A stretch of DNA of 64,000 nt, taken from contig NW_026889778.1 of assembly GCF_033153115.1 (NCBI RefSeq), positions 27,590,001 to 27,654,000 on the forward strand. The letters are read 5' to 3'. The position numbers and the translations under genes are program-made. Positions 39,467 to 51,587 of this stretch are shown piece by piece; position 1 is the first letter of the stretch, and every line of letters begins with the position of its first letter. The DNA comes from Saccostrea echinata. Its lineage: Eukaryota. The notes under the pieces are model-generated. The model was not told where the DNA came from. It did not search any database and saw only the letters and a program-made list of their open reading frames with translations.

Positions 39467-39571
39467 CCTTTACATCTTCACAATGTCAAGCTATTGTGAA
39501 ATTGTTCCTATTTAAAAAGATTGTGAAGAGAAACGATATCACAAAACCTTGACATTGTGAAGATGTATTGG
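39467..39571. mobile_element. 105-bp miniature TIR element with TTAA flanks (piggyBac-like)
   Basis: TTAA|cctttacatcttcacaatgtcaag ... cttgacattgtgaagatgtattgg|TTAA. Confidence 0.7.
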
Positions 39572-40499
39572 TTAACACGCGTATAAAACATCGTTAAAAC
39601 ATGCACTCTGTTCAATAACCCGTAGATCCTTATATATTCACGTGTCGGAACAAGCTGCAGTTTTGAAAAAAAAAAATGATAATAGCTGATAACTTTGCTG
39701 TGGAATGTTTCCGAAACTGTCGAAAGAAAAGAATAAACGAAGGTTCGCATGCCTCTGCCCCTAGATCTGGACAGCGCAAATAAAATATTATAATAGGTAA
39801 ACACAGGTAAACTTATGTAAATCAAGCCACAGGAAAGCAATGTCAAGTACTTGCGGAGAAGAAAACTGTTTTTTTTTTTTGTTTTTTTTTTGAAAATATA
39901 GTGCAGATAGGCTGGATCTTGCGATCCATACATACGTAGTAATACACACAAAATCATTTTCTTGAACATCTGCAATCAAAATCAAAGAAAAAGTTTAACG
40001 GCCCTTTAAGTCTTTTTTACAAAGCTTGGCAATTACGTTTCGTCAAGTTAACAAACAAAGCCAATAACTTTGCTTGTGCCAGTGCGAAAAGTGAGAACTC
40101 CGCTTAGAATGTACTGTACATGTACACCCCTTTGTTTCCCTTATGATTAAAAAATTTTCAAAGCCAACCATATCAAATGCTACAAAGATTTGTCTTTAAT
40201 AATGAAAAATAATTTAGTAAGCATGGTATGCTATCATATATATACCGATACCTCGGATTGTACGTTTATGAAAATGAGATTTAACAAACGTACATAATAG
40301 AATATACATATAAGCTGGATTTATTTTAAAACATGACATTCAATTCTTGTTCATAACGTCGCACAAAGCAACGTCAAAATATCGCAACGTTAACGTAAAC
40401 TATGCTACCTTTACTTTTACATAAAACATGAATAAAGCTTTGTACATGCATACATTTATAATTTCATGAAAATATATACTCTCTCAAAGAGTTTTGAGG

Positions 40500-41722
40500 A
40501 ATATTATTTAATTTTGACATGGGGCCGAATTTTGCACCAAACGCACCTGGTCCTTTTGGAGAAATATTGCACTTCCTATTTAAATTTCTCTGTGAAGTTT
40601 TCACTTTATTAAGCTGTCGGAAAATACGTACAAAAACATATTCAATGAAAAGGAATAGATTTCTTGACAACATTTCGCAATGTAAACGAATACATTGTTG
40701 CAAATATGTCAAAGATAAATGCAATAATTCAGTATTCAGAGAATAATATTAAAGAAAAAAAATCTGCAAAACACAATGTCTTACGTTTGAAGCAAACTGT
40801 TTAGAATTTGTCATCCGATCATGGAAAGTGTCTCCAGAATGTATCAGGAGTAAAAAAAAAATCTAAATTTAAAAGGGTATGCAAGAAAGATCATATTTTG
40901 AAAATTATAAAGGTTTTATTTCTGAACGTGTTTCTTTTAATTTGTTCTTTGTTTTCAAGTCTGCTGCTTGATTTTACCGTACCTAATGTGGCATGTTTGT
41001 AATTGCGTGTTTCCATTATTGTCTTTAAATGTATATTCAACCCCAAGTTGTTTTATATCAAACTTCTTGTATTTTCTAATCCGCTTCATTTTTTATTGTC
41101 CTGTTATTTCGATATTTACTTTCCTACTTATATCATTTACATACTTTCTTTCTTCTGCAATGACAATTCAAATACATCTCTTTAGGTATTTAGTCTTTGT
41201 GGGCACTACACTCATTTATTTTATACATATTACTTGGAAATTGTCACAATGTTCTCAAAAATCATATTGTATTTATTTGTAATTCAAAATGAGAATATTT
41301 CAAGTGAAATTTAAATTTGACGAAAAAAAGTTTGATTTTATTTTGGGTCGATTACATTTTGTTAAGAAAGGGATTTATTATTTATGTGCGTTGTAGTTGT
41401 TATGTACTTGTTTATTACAATTGAAACAATTCTCATAAGTAGAGCGACATCAGAATATAATCTGAAAGATATCATTGGACCCTGCCCTTATTATAGTTGG
41501 TCCTTATGCAATATCATTATTTTTAAAACGTAGTGGCAATTACCTTCTCAATGAAATCAAAACTAAATAAAGACTTTATACGATAAACATGAAAAAGAAA
41601 TTGAAACGCGAAGAAATGATAGTGTGCGTGTATATGTGCAAAACAATGACAATAATGACAGTGACAGTGGCAGTCAGGAAGTGACCGGTGATGATGAAGC
41701 TACTCTACTGCTGAAGATATAG
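40500..41722 (+). pseudogene. Possible decayed multi-pass membrane protein gene, family unidentified
   Basis: Successive interrupted plus-strand frames with hydrophobic runs (KVLFLNVFLLICSLFSSLLL; KDIIGPALIIVGPYAISLFLK) and an acidic tail DNNDSDSGSQEVTGDDEATLLLKI*. Confidence 0.35.
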
Positions 41723-42696
41723 AAATGATTTACACAAGTCAAATGTAAAATCCTCACTTTTATTTATTTGTTCTTGTACCATAATGTAATTTTATTTATA
41801 AATGAATACTCAGATTTTTCTGAAGAGCAGAAAGAATTGATTTTTATATACCTGCTAGTAGTTTTTGCTTCATAAGACTGTGCGGGGAAAAAAACTTAAC
41901 AAAATACTTTTTTATATGTAAAGTGTACTCATTGCTATAGCAACCCCTAGATCGGAATGGCTATGATGACAGAGCCAGAAAACCAGAGAGCGCGAATGTA
42001 AGCTGACAATGCGAGAAAGGGTGGTCTTTAAGTTTAAACCATTGAATTTTCACCCTTTCAATCACAATTTTCTCTTTCTTGTCCCCATTGCATTTAGGTT
42101 GCTCTTTCGCTTTGTTGTCCATGATTTGTGGATTGTCAACAATAACCAGGAGCGACAAAACGACGCCGTTTAACGGGAGCTGAAACAGAACCAAGAATTA
42201 ATCCTTTTTTTTTTGTCTTGTTTTAATATATTTTTTAATTACAAAGTAGCCATCATTCCGAACCAATATTTTGGACCTGTTCCTCGACGTTAGGTGGGTT
42301 TACTGCATTTCAAAAATGACTACATTGAGTCAAATTCTGCAGAAAAAATGTGGAATATCATCATGTCTAGCTTAATCGTTCTGACAACAGCAACATATAT
42401 CACATCTGTATGCAGTATTTTCTCGTTCTGGTATTATGAAAAGACAAATGTCTCACTCGTGTGAGCAGTTATGCATTCCATATGCATTTTGCTCTCTTTA
42501 AATTTGTTCTTCTATTTCTCCTCTGTATTACTCCCCCACGCCTACTTTATACTCCCTCTTTAATGTGTTTTATTTCCTAAATATTTGAATGTCTACTATT
42601 TTTCTTTTTTCTGTATATTTTTTGGTGGGATAAGTCCATGATATCCAAATAATTTTTAAAAAGAAAACAAATAGGGGAAGTTATCATCATTGTGGA

Positions 42697-42699
<3 letters not shown>

Positions 42700-42769
<70 letters not shown>
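42700..42769. repeat. (CT)n immediately followed by (GA)n, a palindromic microsatellite
   Basis: Directly visible: ...ctctctc|gagagag... Confidence 0.97.
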
Positions 42770-42773
<4 letters not shown>

Positions 42774-43301
42774 TTCAAGAATGGATTCGGCAACAAAATA
42801 CGTGACGCAGGAGGAAAATGATACAAATATATAACAACCGACAAAGATTAACATATGTTTGAAATTAAAGTAACATTTAAATCCTGCTTAAACTATGCTT
42901 CCTTCTCCCCATGGTGTTCGGAGAATCATTTTTTACTTGTCTAACATTCCCGGAAAAGTACGCTTTATAAAATTTCATATTTTTAACAGATAAACGATGA
43001 CAAACGAAAGAAATATTACCGGAAATGAAAAGTATAATGGAGGAATCAAAATGAAAGAGCTGTGCGCGTATGCTAATTTTTTCAGGATAATACTCTACAA
43101 ATTTCTGATGAATTTTGTTGTCTTTGAGCTGTGATATAGTGGTGCTGTGATATAGTGGTTCTGTGTAGTGTTCTGTAGTGATGCTTGGCATGAAATGCCC
43201 TGTCGTTTCCGATACGTGATATATTGATCAAGCACTGATGTGACGAATGGAGATCCTCATTTTCTTGAACATGTAGCGACATTTTCATCTTGTCAAGCTA
43301 A

Positions 43302-43394
43302 ATTGAGCAGTGAGGGATCTATTTCGTGCCAACATCTACTGCGACACGGGACCTTGGTTTATACGGTCTCATCTGAAGGACCGGCCTCCACGTC
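43302..43394 (-). mobile_element. SINE family 1 internal fragment (Deu-like core)
   Basis: Reverse complement matches about 31813-31903. Confidence 0.85.
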
Positions 43395-43834
43395 ACATGT
43401 GAATTGTTAGCAATTTGGGCAAGTCAGGGTAAAAAAAAGTATTTCTTGAAAAAAAGCGTGATTTAACATGATGTAATGTACCTATTTCTCACAAAATATA
43501 ATATTAACTTCCGCTTATTAACCATCTACTGTGCTTTTTCTGTCGGTTTACAAGGATGTTTGTCATTGTAGATAAAGGGATCAAGGGAAATATGGTCCGT
43601 TTCAATATTGATATCGTCTATGCGATCCAAACTTTATTTCTAGTGAAAGAAAGGGGACAACAATACATTAAAATAAAAATAACCTATTTTGTTAAAAACG
43701 ATTTATAAATTTGAAATGCGAAATGAAAGTATACAAACAACAAAAACCATAAAAAACAATAAAATGGCCAGAGATGAAAACCAAAATGATGAGAAGCAGA
43801 GATCTTTTTTTTTTCAAAGGTTTGGATCTGGCTC

Positions 43835-44797
43835 AAAACAAAACATAATAAAACTATTGTTAACTATAGTTAACTATAGTAAAATTTAGTTAACTATAGT
43901 AAAACAAAGTTTCAAAGTTATCACTTTAGTGTCATAGTGATCACTATAGCATTTCAAAATTTTCAAAGAGTCAAAAATATCACTATAGTAAATCAAAGTT
44001 TTCATAGTGAACACTATAATTAATTCACAGTTTTCATAGTTATCACTAAAGTATCATAGTTATCACTATAGTAAATCAAAGTTTCAAAATCAACACTATG
44101 CTAAATCAAAGTTTCAAATGTAGCATTATGGTTTATTAAATTTTTACACATGATAACTATAGAAATTCTAGTAAGTTTAAATTAATTACTACAGTATACA
44201 CTTTTCTGTGATAGAAGTTTTTTTTTTCTTTTAATTTCACAACATGTGTATTATTCAGTTTATTTAAATTTAAGAAAGATCTCTTTCCCCTAATTCCTTG
44301 CAATTCATTTTTTTCCGAATTTTCTTTTTAGTTTTATACATTTTGAAAAAAAAAATTTCGAAGACATTTATTGGGTATTATTTATAAAATGAATATTGTT
44401 TGTCTTTCATTTCAATTTGTCTTTTTTATATCAGTAAATAACATCTTTAATGTTATTAAGTATATCAAACTTGACGTATAGAGTTACCATCTTTGATAAC
44501 GATATAAAGTATATTTGAGAGATAACTTTAATAAATCAAAAGTTTTCTTAGTGAACACTATAGTATTTCAAAGTTTATATAGTGTCAAAGTAATCACTAT
44601 AGTAAGTCAAGGTGTTTGTAGTTATCACTTTAGTAAATTAAAGTGTCAAAGTTATGACTATAGTTAACTATAGTTTTCATAGTGTCAAAGTTATCACTAT
44701 AGCTAATACTATTTTTTATAGTGTCAAAGTTATCACTATGGTTAACTATAGTTAACTATAATTAACTAATAGGAAACTATTGTATTTTTTGGTAAGG
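43835..44797. mobile_element. Longer relative of the 33585-33957 MITE
   Basis: Same actatagttaactatagt and aaagtttca/tcactatag motifs at both ends; right end ttttttggtaagg; left terminus eroded. Confidence 0.75.
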
Positions 44798-45086
44798 TTC
44801 ATAAAAAGTACAATCGTTTAAAATTGCTCAGCTCATGGTTCGACAAGTTTGGATGATTAAGAGAAAAGTCTGAATAACGCAAACTTTTTCTATGGTATTT
44901 TTTATTCAATACAAATATAGAAACAAGATCTATTTGGAAATTTTAAAAAAAACAATAAACAGAGCCAAAAAAAAACCAAGAAGCAAAGAAACTAACAAAA
45001 TAGGTAAAAAAAAAAAAAAGTAATAGCTATTCAAATGTAACAGCGTTTTAAAGAAAATGTTTACTGGTTATTTGTTATGAATAATG

Positions 45087-46939
45087 TTATTTCGGAGGCG
45101 GATCTTGATTTTCAGCAGATTGTTGTGGCGGACTGTACTGGGGAGGTGAAGCAAAAGAGGCTGCTACGCCTTGTCCAGTTGCCTGCATCTGAACAGGATT
45201 AGCTTGGTGTAGCCCTTGTTGATGGTAAGGCTGCATAACTAAAACGTTATTTTAAGAAGAAAATATAATCCATGACAAGGCTATTACTTTCTTATTTCTC
45301 TGGCGTAAAACACTTATTAGAATATCCTAAAAATTCAGTATGCAAAAGTATTCACAATTCAGTCTGAAGTAATCTTTTTTAAGAGAGGAATTGTTTACAA
45401 GTATTTTTAAAAAATAATCAATTTTATTTAAGGTTAAATACTTTTTTTTTCTAAAATCATGATTTTTTAATATATTTTATAAATTATACTTACATGGCTG
45501 GGCATTTTGTACCAAGGTTGTCCCTGCAGTTGTGGTGGGGATGTGCATAACTGCACCCTGAATTTGTGTGGGTTTTCTGCATAGCGTCACATATAAACAG
45601 ACTATAAGTCCAATAAGTGTTGCCAATCCAGCGAGGGCTCCGAGTACAATCCCAACGATTGCACCAGTACTGCGTTTAATGTCAGTATAAAAATAATAAA
45701 TAAATATCAAATATAATCCTATTACAAATGTATCTCAACTAGTTCCACAACCAATAACAACAACAAACAACAAAAGCCGCACTTCTTACCCAAGAGTATT
45801 GGGGTACAGGTCGTCGTAGTAGTCAAGGTAATAGCAATAGCGCCCAGTTAAAACATTATAAGAACAACCACCAAACACCGTGGACAAGCCTAGAGGGTAA
45901 ACGGCGTTTACAGATGTGTAAGTTTCCGTTATAATAATATTAAATAAATCAAACAATTATAGAATGTCCTAAATAATAAAAATACCCTACAGTGCTTAAC
46001 CATAGGGTTTCGTTAATATATACATGCATGTGCAGATCATGTACATAGTCATATAAACTTTTGAATATTTGCATTAAATATATACTTTATCAATATTTTT
46101 TTTCTTTGATTGTTAGTAAAGGTATTGACATTTTATATGTTGTAGCCGTTGCAAAAAAAAAAAAAAAAAAAATAACACGCATTCAAAACATTTATTCCCA
46201 TACTAAGAAATTTAAAAAAAAGGGCATCTTATTGTTTATATTTATGTTTTTACAAATAATCATCTGTAATAGGATTAAGAATATTTAATATTGTATTATT
46301 GTTATGTACGTCATTGCTCGTTTCATTGATGGAGTAGCATCTGATCATGAAATTTATATACTATGTGTATACTACGATAAAGAGTTTACTGACTGATCAT
46401 TTTTTTAAAGAAATAAAGAAAAAAAAAACATTCACTTCGTAAAATCAAATGTGTATGTTACAGAACCATGCCATAGAATTAATAGCATATTTTTTTCCTT
46501 TTAATTCAAGTCAATATATAAGTCTCTTTTTTTTATTTAAGTCCATATATCTATATAAGTATGATTGAAAAGCAGTGCTTGAGAAAAGAGCTAGATACAC
46601 TTTGGATCCAGGTAATATTTTGCACTGTCAATTAAATTGGTCTGTTTTGATTTCTTTTTTCAGAAATTCACAAAAAATCCAAAATGCTCTAAGTGGACCT
46701 TCATCTTTACCTCCATATTAAATTTCACTTCATAAGAACTTCTCTGAAGACAATTCAATTTGCAAATCATTTTAAATACTTGAAGGAATTGTTCCTTATG
46801 TCTAATAAGGTACCTACATATTTACATTTTCTATTTAAACATTTAAAATGTACTTTAGGTATCATAAACTGGTAAATTCCACGAAAATATTCTTACCTAG
46901 AACCTGAACGAAGAAAACTGTTGATTTTTTCATCACCAT
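45087..46939 (-). CDS. Four-exon single-pass membrane protein, CYYR1/Shisa-like (156 aa)
   Basis: Exons 46939-46897, 45889-45790, 45669-45494 and 45238-45087, all GT-AG and phase-consistent (471 nt). Signal peptide MVMKKSTVFFVQVLGLSTVFG, short Cys/Tyr-rich ectodomain, TM GAIVGIVLGALAGLATLIGLIVCLYVTLC, and Gln/Pro tail with PPQY. Confidence 0.88.
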
Positions 46940-47563
46940 TAGTAGAAAAAAAGAAATCTTGTGTGGTTTTCAGTTCAAATTCCTCATGTCATATCCACTT
47001 CCCTGCTTTGTAAAGTTTTATTTATTTATGTCTTTTTTAGATTTAGAGATAGCTAAGCTGATGCAGCCAAGTTGTCCCTAAATCTTTCTTTCCGTGAATC
47101 GTCTCTGTTAAATTACTGTTAAATTACTGCTAAATTACTGTTAAATTACTGTTAAATTACGATTCATGTACTTATTATGATTTGCTTTAATTTTCTTGTG
47201 ATTTTGTAAAAGTTCTGATACCTATTTCCTTAGCCATGCAAAAACATTTCATGTACCCTGGCAATCACATGAAGATGGAAGCAAAGTTTTAAAATGAAAA
47301 ATAAGATTCTAGTTTAAATACAATTAATACGTATCTTTTCACTTGTGTCATGGTGCGGTACTTTTTCTTTTGATGTTAGCCATACTTTAAATCAGATAGA
47401 AAACCTTTGGCTGAATTCCAACGTACTATAACTTCTAGGGGCGGAGCTTAGCCGTACAATAACTTCCAATGCACTGTACAATAACTTCCAAAGGAACTCA
47501 ATACTTTTGAAATTTTTTTCTTCAATTTCTGTAAGCATATACAACCTATCCAGAGGAAAAATA

Positions 47564-47646
47564 AGAAACCTCACAAAATTCACCCCCCCCCCCTTTCGAT
47601 CTGAAAATGAGAAACCTCACAAAATTCACCCCCCCCCCTTTCGATC
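47564..47646. repeat. Short direct duplication, about 38 bp x2
   Basis: gaaacctcacaaaattcaccccccccc(c)tttcgatct occurs twice. Confidence 0.9.
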
Positions 47647-48270
47647 TAAAAATGCATACGTGAAAACCATTTCCATGAGGATTACATGTAAACTCATTAG
47701 TTAACTAATTTAAACAAATATTTTAAAAATACACAGACTTTCTTGAAATACATGTATTCAAATTAAAACAGATAACTGAAATCTAACAATATTGAAAACG
47801 CGCAGTTCGATGATTCCCTTAGGCTAATTTCAACTGTTTTCTGAGTTCTTTGAGTTACATGCAAACTGATACATGTTCGTATATAATTGTATCTGGACTA
47901 TTTCACACTACATTCCATAATTTTGATACCTGTGGCTACAGTACTTGACTCGGATTTCCTCGGGACATGCAAGCGTATCCCTAGTAACAATAATGTAGCG
48001 GGTCAAAGTGCGGGCGGATCCAGGTTTCCAGTATTGTGCCTGTATTTGTTATGGTTTTTGAAATACTCATACTGCTTAAATTAATCCATCAAATACAATT
48101 TCACACTCGTTTAACATTGCTTGATTTTTCAATGCAACCATCTCCTTCGTACTTTCTGCTTTGTTTGAACACCGGGCCTGTTCACTTACGATGGACCTAG
48201 GCCTATGACGTAATGTCGCGTGCAGTTTGGTGCTGAAGGAGTGACTATGCAAATGACCATGACACAAGAC

Positions 48271-48404
48271 ATTTACAGACACTTTCTTTCGTTTGTTAGG
48301 AATTTATTGTACAGAGAGGCGTGACAGTCTCGTCGCTGCGCGACTCGACTGCCACGCCTCTCTGTACAATAAATCCCTTACAAACGAAAGAAAGTACTGT
48401 AAAT
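48271..48404 (-). repeat. Long hairpin with GA-gtcgc-GCA-gcgac-GA tip on the minus strand
   Basis: Arms of about 58 bp: atttacagacactttctttcgtttgttaggaatttattgtacagagaggcgtgacagtc and gactgccacgcctctctgtacaataaatcccttacaaacgaaagaaagtactgtaaat. Confidence 0.92.
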
Positions 48405-48946
48405 ATAACTTATATTTAAAGTTAAATTGCTTATTCGGCTTTTTGTAGTACGAAAGACCTCAGGTTATGCAGAAAGTTTTTAAAAAATGAATACAATTTA
48501 TAATATATTTTTAAAAATCACGAATAAAATGTATAAATTTAGCATTATGTAGATTCTTTTTCCAATTATAATTTCTCAATTATGGTCCGTTAAGTGATAA
48601 AAATTGCATATCTTTGTAAGAGTGATAACATTGCAAAAATGAAGAATCCTGAACATGACAGAAAGTCTTAATTTTTTTTATATTGAGAGATCTGATATAC
48701 CTGTATTTATCATAAATAGTAAGTATGAAAATATATACCAAGCTATGTGTCTATTTTTTTTATATGTAGCAAGTGTCGATTCTTCCTTTTTTTCAAAATA
48801 TCAAGTTGTGTTTAATATAAATGATATTGGTTAAATATCATTTCTGTTGTAACTACCTCTTTAATATAGAACCAACAGATAGTAAATATTTTTGAGGATG
48901 TGCTGATATATCAACACATAGATCTCTCCGTAAAACCGCATATTTA

Positions 48947-49605
48947 TATAATAGTGTTATTATTTGGATGTACTATGCCGAAATAGTAGTCAGGGTTTGA
49001 CACATGGTGCACGAGCCGGAGGCGAGTGCACTATGTGTCAAACCCTGACTACTATTTCGGCATAGTACATCCAAATAATAACACTATTATAATTATTATG
49101 CTGACTGTTGTTTGTATACGACAATTTAATTAAATTCTCAACCCCAAACCTGTTTGCAGACGTTAAATCTAAATGAAAATTTTCTTGAACATTCTTTGAT
49201 CAAGCGTTATATCAAAAAGCGTTTTATTGACTCCGAAGAACCAGTTCATGTTACGTTGCAATTTTGGTTACTGAAAAATTCGATTATTTGTTAGAGAATT
49301 TTTCTTTAAGATCCTTATCAATAATATCAGTCTTATAGAAATTATATTCATTTATTTCTTGTTTTGTGACAAATGTATAAAAACTACGTTTATATACTTG
49401 AAAATACACTCCCTAAAGTAGCGGTGTTTGTGGCGTAATCGTTAACGCGTTGGACTGACGTTCTCGAGATCGTGAGTTCGATCCCCAGCGTGGGTGCTAA
49501 ATACATTTTCTCTAGAAAAGACAGCCGTGCACTATTTCGGCATAGTATGCTTACGCTATATAAATCCTTAGAACACTATGCGAAAATAGTTGGGTATTGA
49601 TTATA
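48947..49605 (+). mobile_element. Putative non-autonomous element beginning with a 145-bp near-perfect hairpin (48947-49091)
   Basis: 66-bp arms with one mismatch and tip GA-gcc-GGA-ggc-GA. Arm sub-sequence actatttcggcatagta recurs at 49531 with an inverted actatgcgaaaatagt at 49574. tRNA-like segment at about 49424-49497. The right boundary is approximate. Confidence 0.7.
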
Positions 49606-49641
49606 TAGAGACAAACTGACAGGAAGCATAATAATGATCTA

Positions 49642-49776
49642 TAATGAAAAAGTGAAGATAACAAACAGTGATCGATCTAAAAAAAATCACAATTCTTATC
49701 GGTAAATAGGGCATTAAAACACGAAGAGGTGGGATCAGGTACCCAGGAGGAGCAAGCACCCCCTGTTGACCGGCCA
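49642..49776 (-). mobile_element. Probable 3' terminal fragment of a Penelope-like element
   Basis: Minus strand ccggtcaacagggggtgcttgctcctcctgggtacctgatcccacctct...gatcactgtttgttatcttcac resembles, from recall, the common oyster repeat found downstream of this RT type. Confidence 0.45.
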
Positions 49777-50028
49777 TATTTATTTCACACAGGTACATGA
49801 AGGTCATTGGTTAAAACAAAAGTTCCAATTCATATATCCGACTTTTTGAAATGACAGATAGAATGTCAGTATAAAGTAAAATTAACCAGGAATTGTGATA
49901 AAAGAAATATCTTTTGAAAAAGAAAAATAACTAGTAAATCCTGAACATCTAACATTCTAGAATGTCTGGCTTCCGTCAAATCCTTGAAGGAAATCGAGAG
50001 AGAAAAACACTGATGAAAAGATAGTCGA

Positions 50029-50171
50029 NNNNNNNNNNNNNNNNNNNNNNNNNNNNNNNNNNNNNNNNNNNNNNNNNNNNNNNNNNNNNNNNNNNNNNNN
50101 NNNNNNNNNNNNNNNNNNNNNNNNNNNNNNNNNNNNNNNNNNNNNNNNNNNNNNNNNNNNNNNNNNNNNNN
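50029..50171. other. Assembly gap
   Basis: Run of N. Confidence 1.
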
Positions 50172-50197
50172 GGTCGAAATAAGTAAAGCAGAAGAAA

Positions 50198-50199
<2 letters not shown>

Positions 50200-50277
<78 letters not shown>
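50200..50277. repeat. (AT)n microsatellite
   Basis: Directly visible. Confidence 0.98.
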
Positions 50278-50280
<3 letters not shown>

Positions 50281-50964
50281 CGGAGGAAAAATAATAAATG
50301 TAACTTATCCGCAGCATCATGTCCAGAGTTATGTCAGGATAGTGGACAAATATAGAAACAAAACATAGTCTAAAAATAAAGATAAAGAGAAGATATCTTA
50401 ACGTGGTAAAAATCAAATGCAGAGACCTTAAATCCTAAATAGCTGTCCATCTGATCTCTATTTAAAAGCAAAGTGACGCCAATGTGATGCATGTACAACT
50501 TTTTGATTTTTTTCTTTAAATTTATTTTTCACTCCCCTAGCGTATATATGTATATAAAATATGATGCATGTAATTTTTGAAACTGTAAGAGTATAGGGTT
50601 TGTTAGGTTTGCAAAAAAAAAAAATGTTTATTTTGAAGAGATTCCTAAACAAAGTGTATTCTAACAATTTTTGTTGTCACAATAGCGAATGTTCTCTTAG
50701 GGATACTCATATCAATTAAGAATATTACAAGGTTTACATAATCTTTAGTTCTTTATTTGCAATGTACAGATATATTTATTAATGTAGATCGATTGCAACT
50801 TTATATGCGTTATTCCATACCGTAAAGAACAATTTTCGGCTTTACAGAAATTCCTCATTTAGAGTTATTCTCACAACATGCACAACGCAGAGGTGGCTAA
50901 GAAAGATTTAATTGCCTAACGCCTTGAGTTTTAAGGTAAGTATTGAAACCCCCTCCAATTTTCA

Positions 50965-50965
<1 letters not shown>

Positions 50966-51014
<49 letters not shown>

Positions 51015-51546
51015 ATGTCCGCTGTCTGTCGTCGTTGTCGTTGTCGTCGTCGTTTACTTTTCACAATTTCATCTTCTTTTCCAGACCCACTGGGCCAATT
51101 TCAACCATACGTGGCATAAAGTATCCTTGGGTAAAGGGTATTCAAGTTTGTCAATTGAAGGGCCAAGCCCTCTTCCAAGGGGAGATAACAAAAAAATGGT
51201 GAAAAACGAATGGCATCTTTTAAAAATCTTCTTCTCAAGAACCAATGGGCCAGTAAAAATGAAACTCATGTGGAATCATCGTCAGGTAGTGTAGATTCCA
51301 ATTTGTTCAAATCATGACCCAGGGGGTAGGGTGGAGCCACAATGAAAGTTCAAACTTATAGGAAAATAGCCACAGTTAGTCAAAGAAATATGTAAGGATC
51401 CTTAGTGTAGATTCAATTTTTTATCAAATCATGACCCCCCCCCCACCCCCCGTTTTAGGTTTTAGGGTTGGGTCGGGACCACTTATATGCATTTAAGTTT
51501 TTCAATACTGAACTGAATTTTGTTTTTTTTTTTCCAAGCCACAGTG

Positions 51547-51581
<35 letters not shown>
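50966..51581 (+). mobile_element. Complete Helentron-associated element (HINE; oyster Helitron-N/CvA-like) carrying Cg170-like satellite units
   Basis: Sub-terminal inverted repeats gctcacctgagc (50971) and gctcaggtgagc (51546), 5' hairpin gagccGAAggctc, (gtc)n microsatellite, satellite monomer, 3' palindrome ggcccatgggcc, T-rich insertion site. Confidence 0.9.

Positions 51582-51587
<6 letters not shown>

Noticed and set aside
42348-43260. Signal-peptide-like exon MWNIIMSSLIVLTTATYITS followed by gtatg and a possible downstream exon
   Set aside because: The downstream frames are full of stops and no domain was recognised.
49976-50416. 146-aa ORF
   Set aside because: Made of an (AT)n tract and an N-gap.
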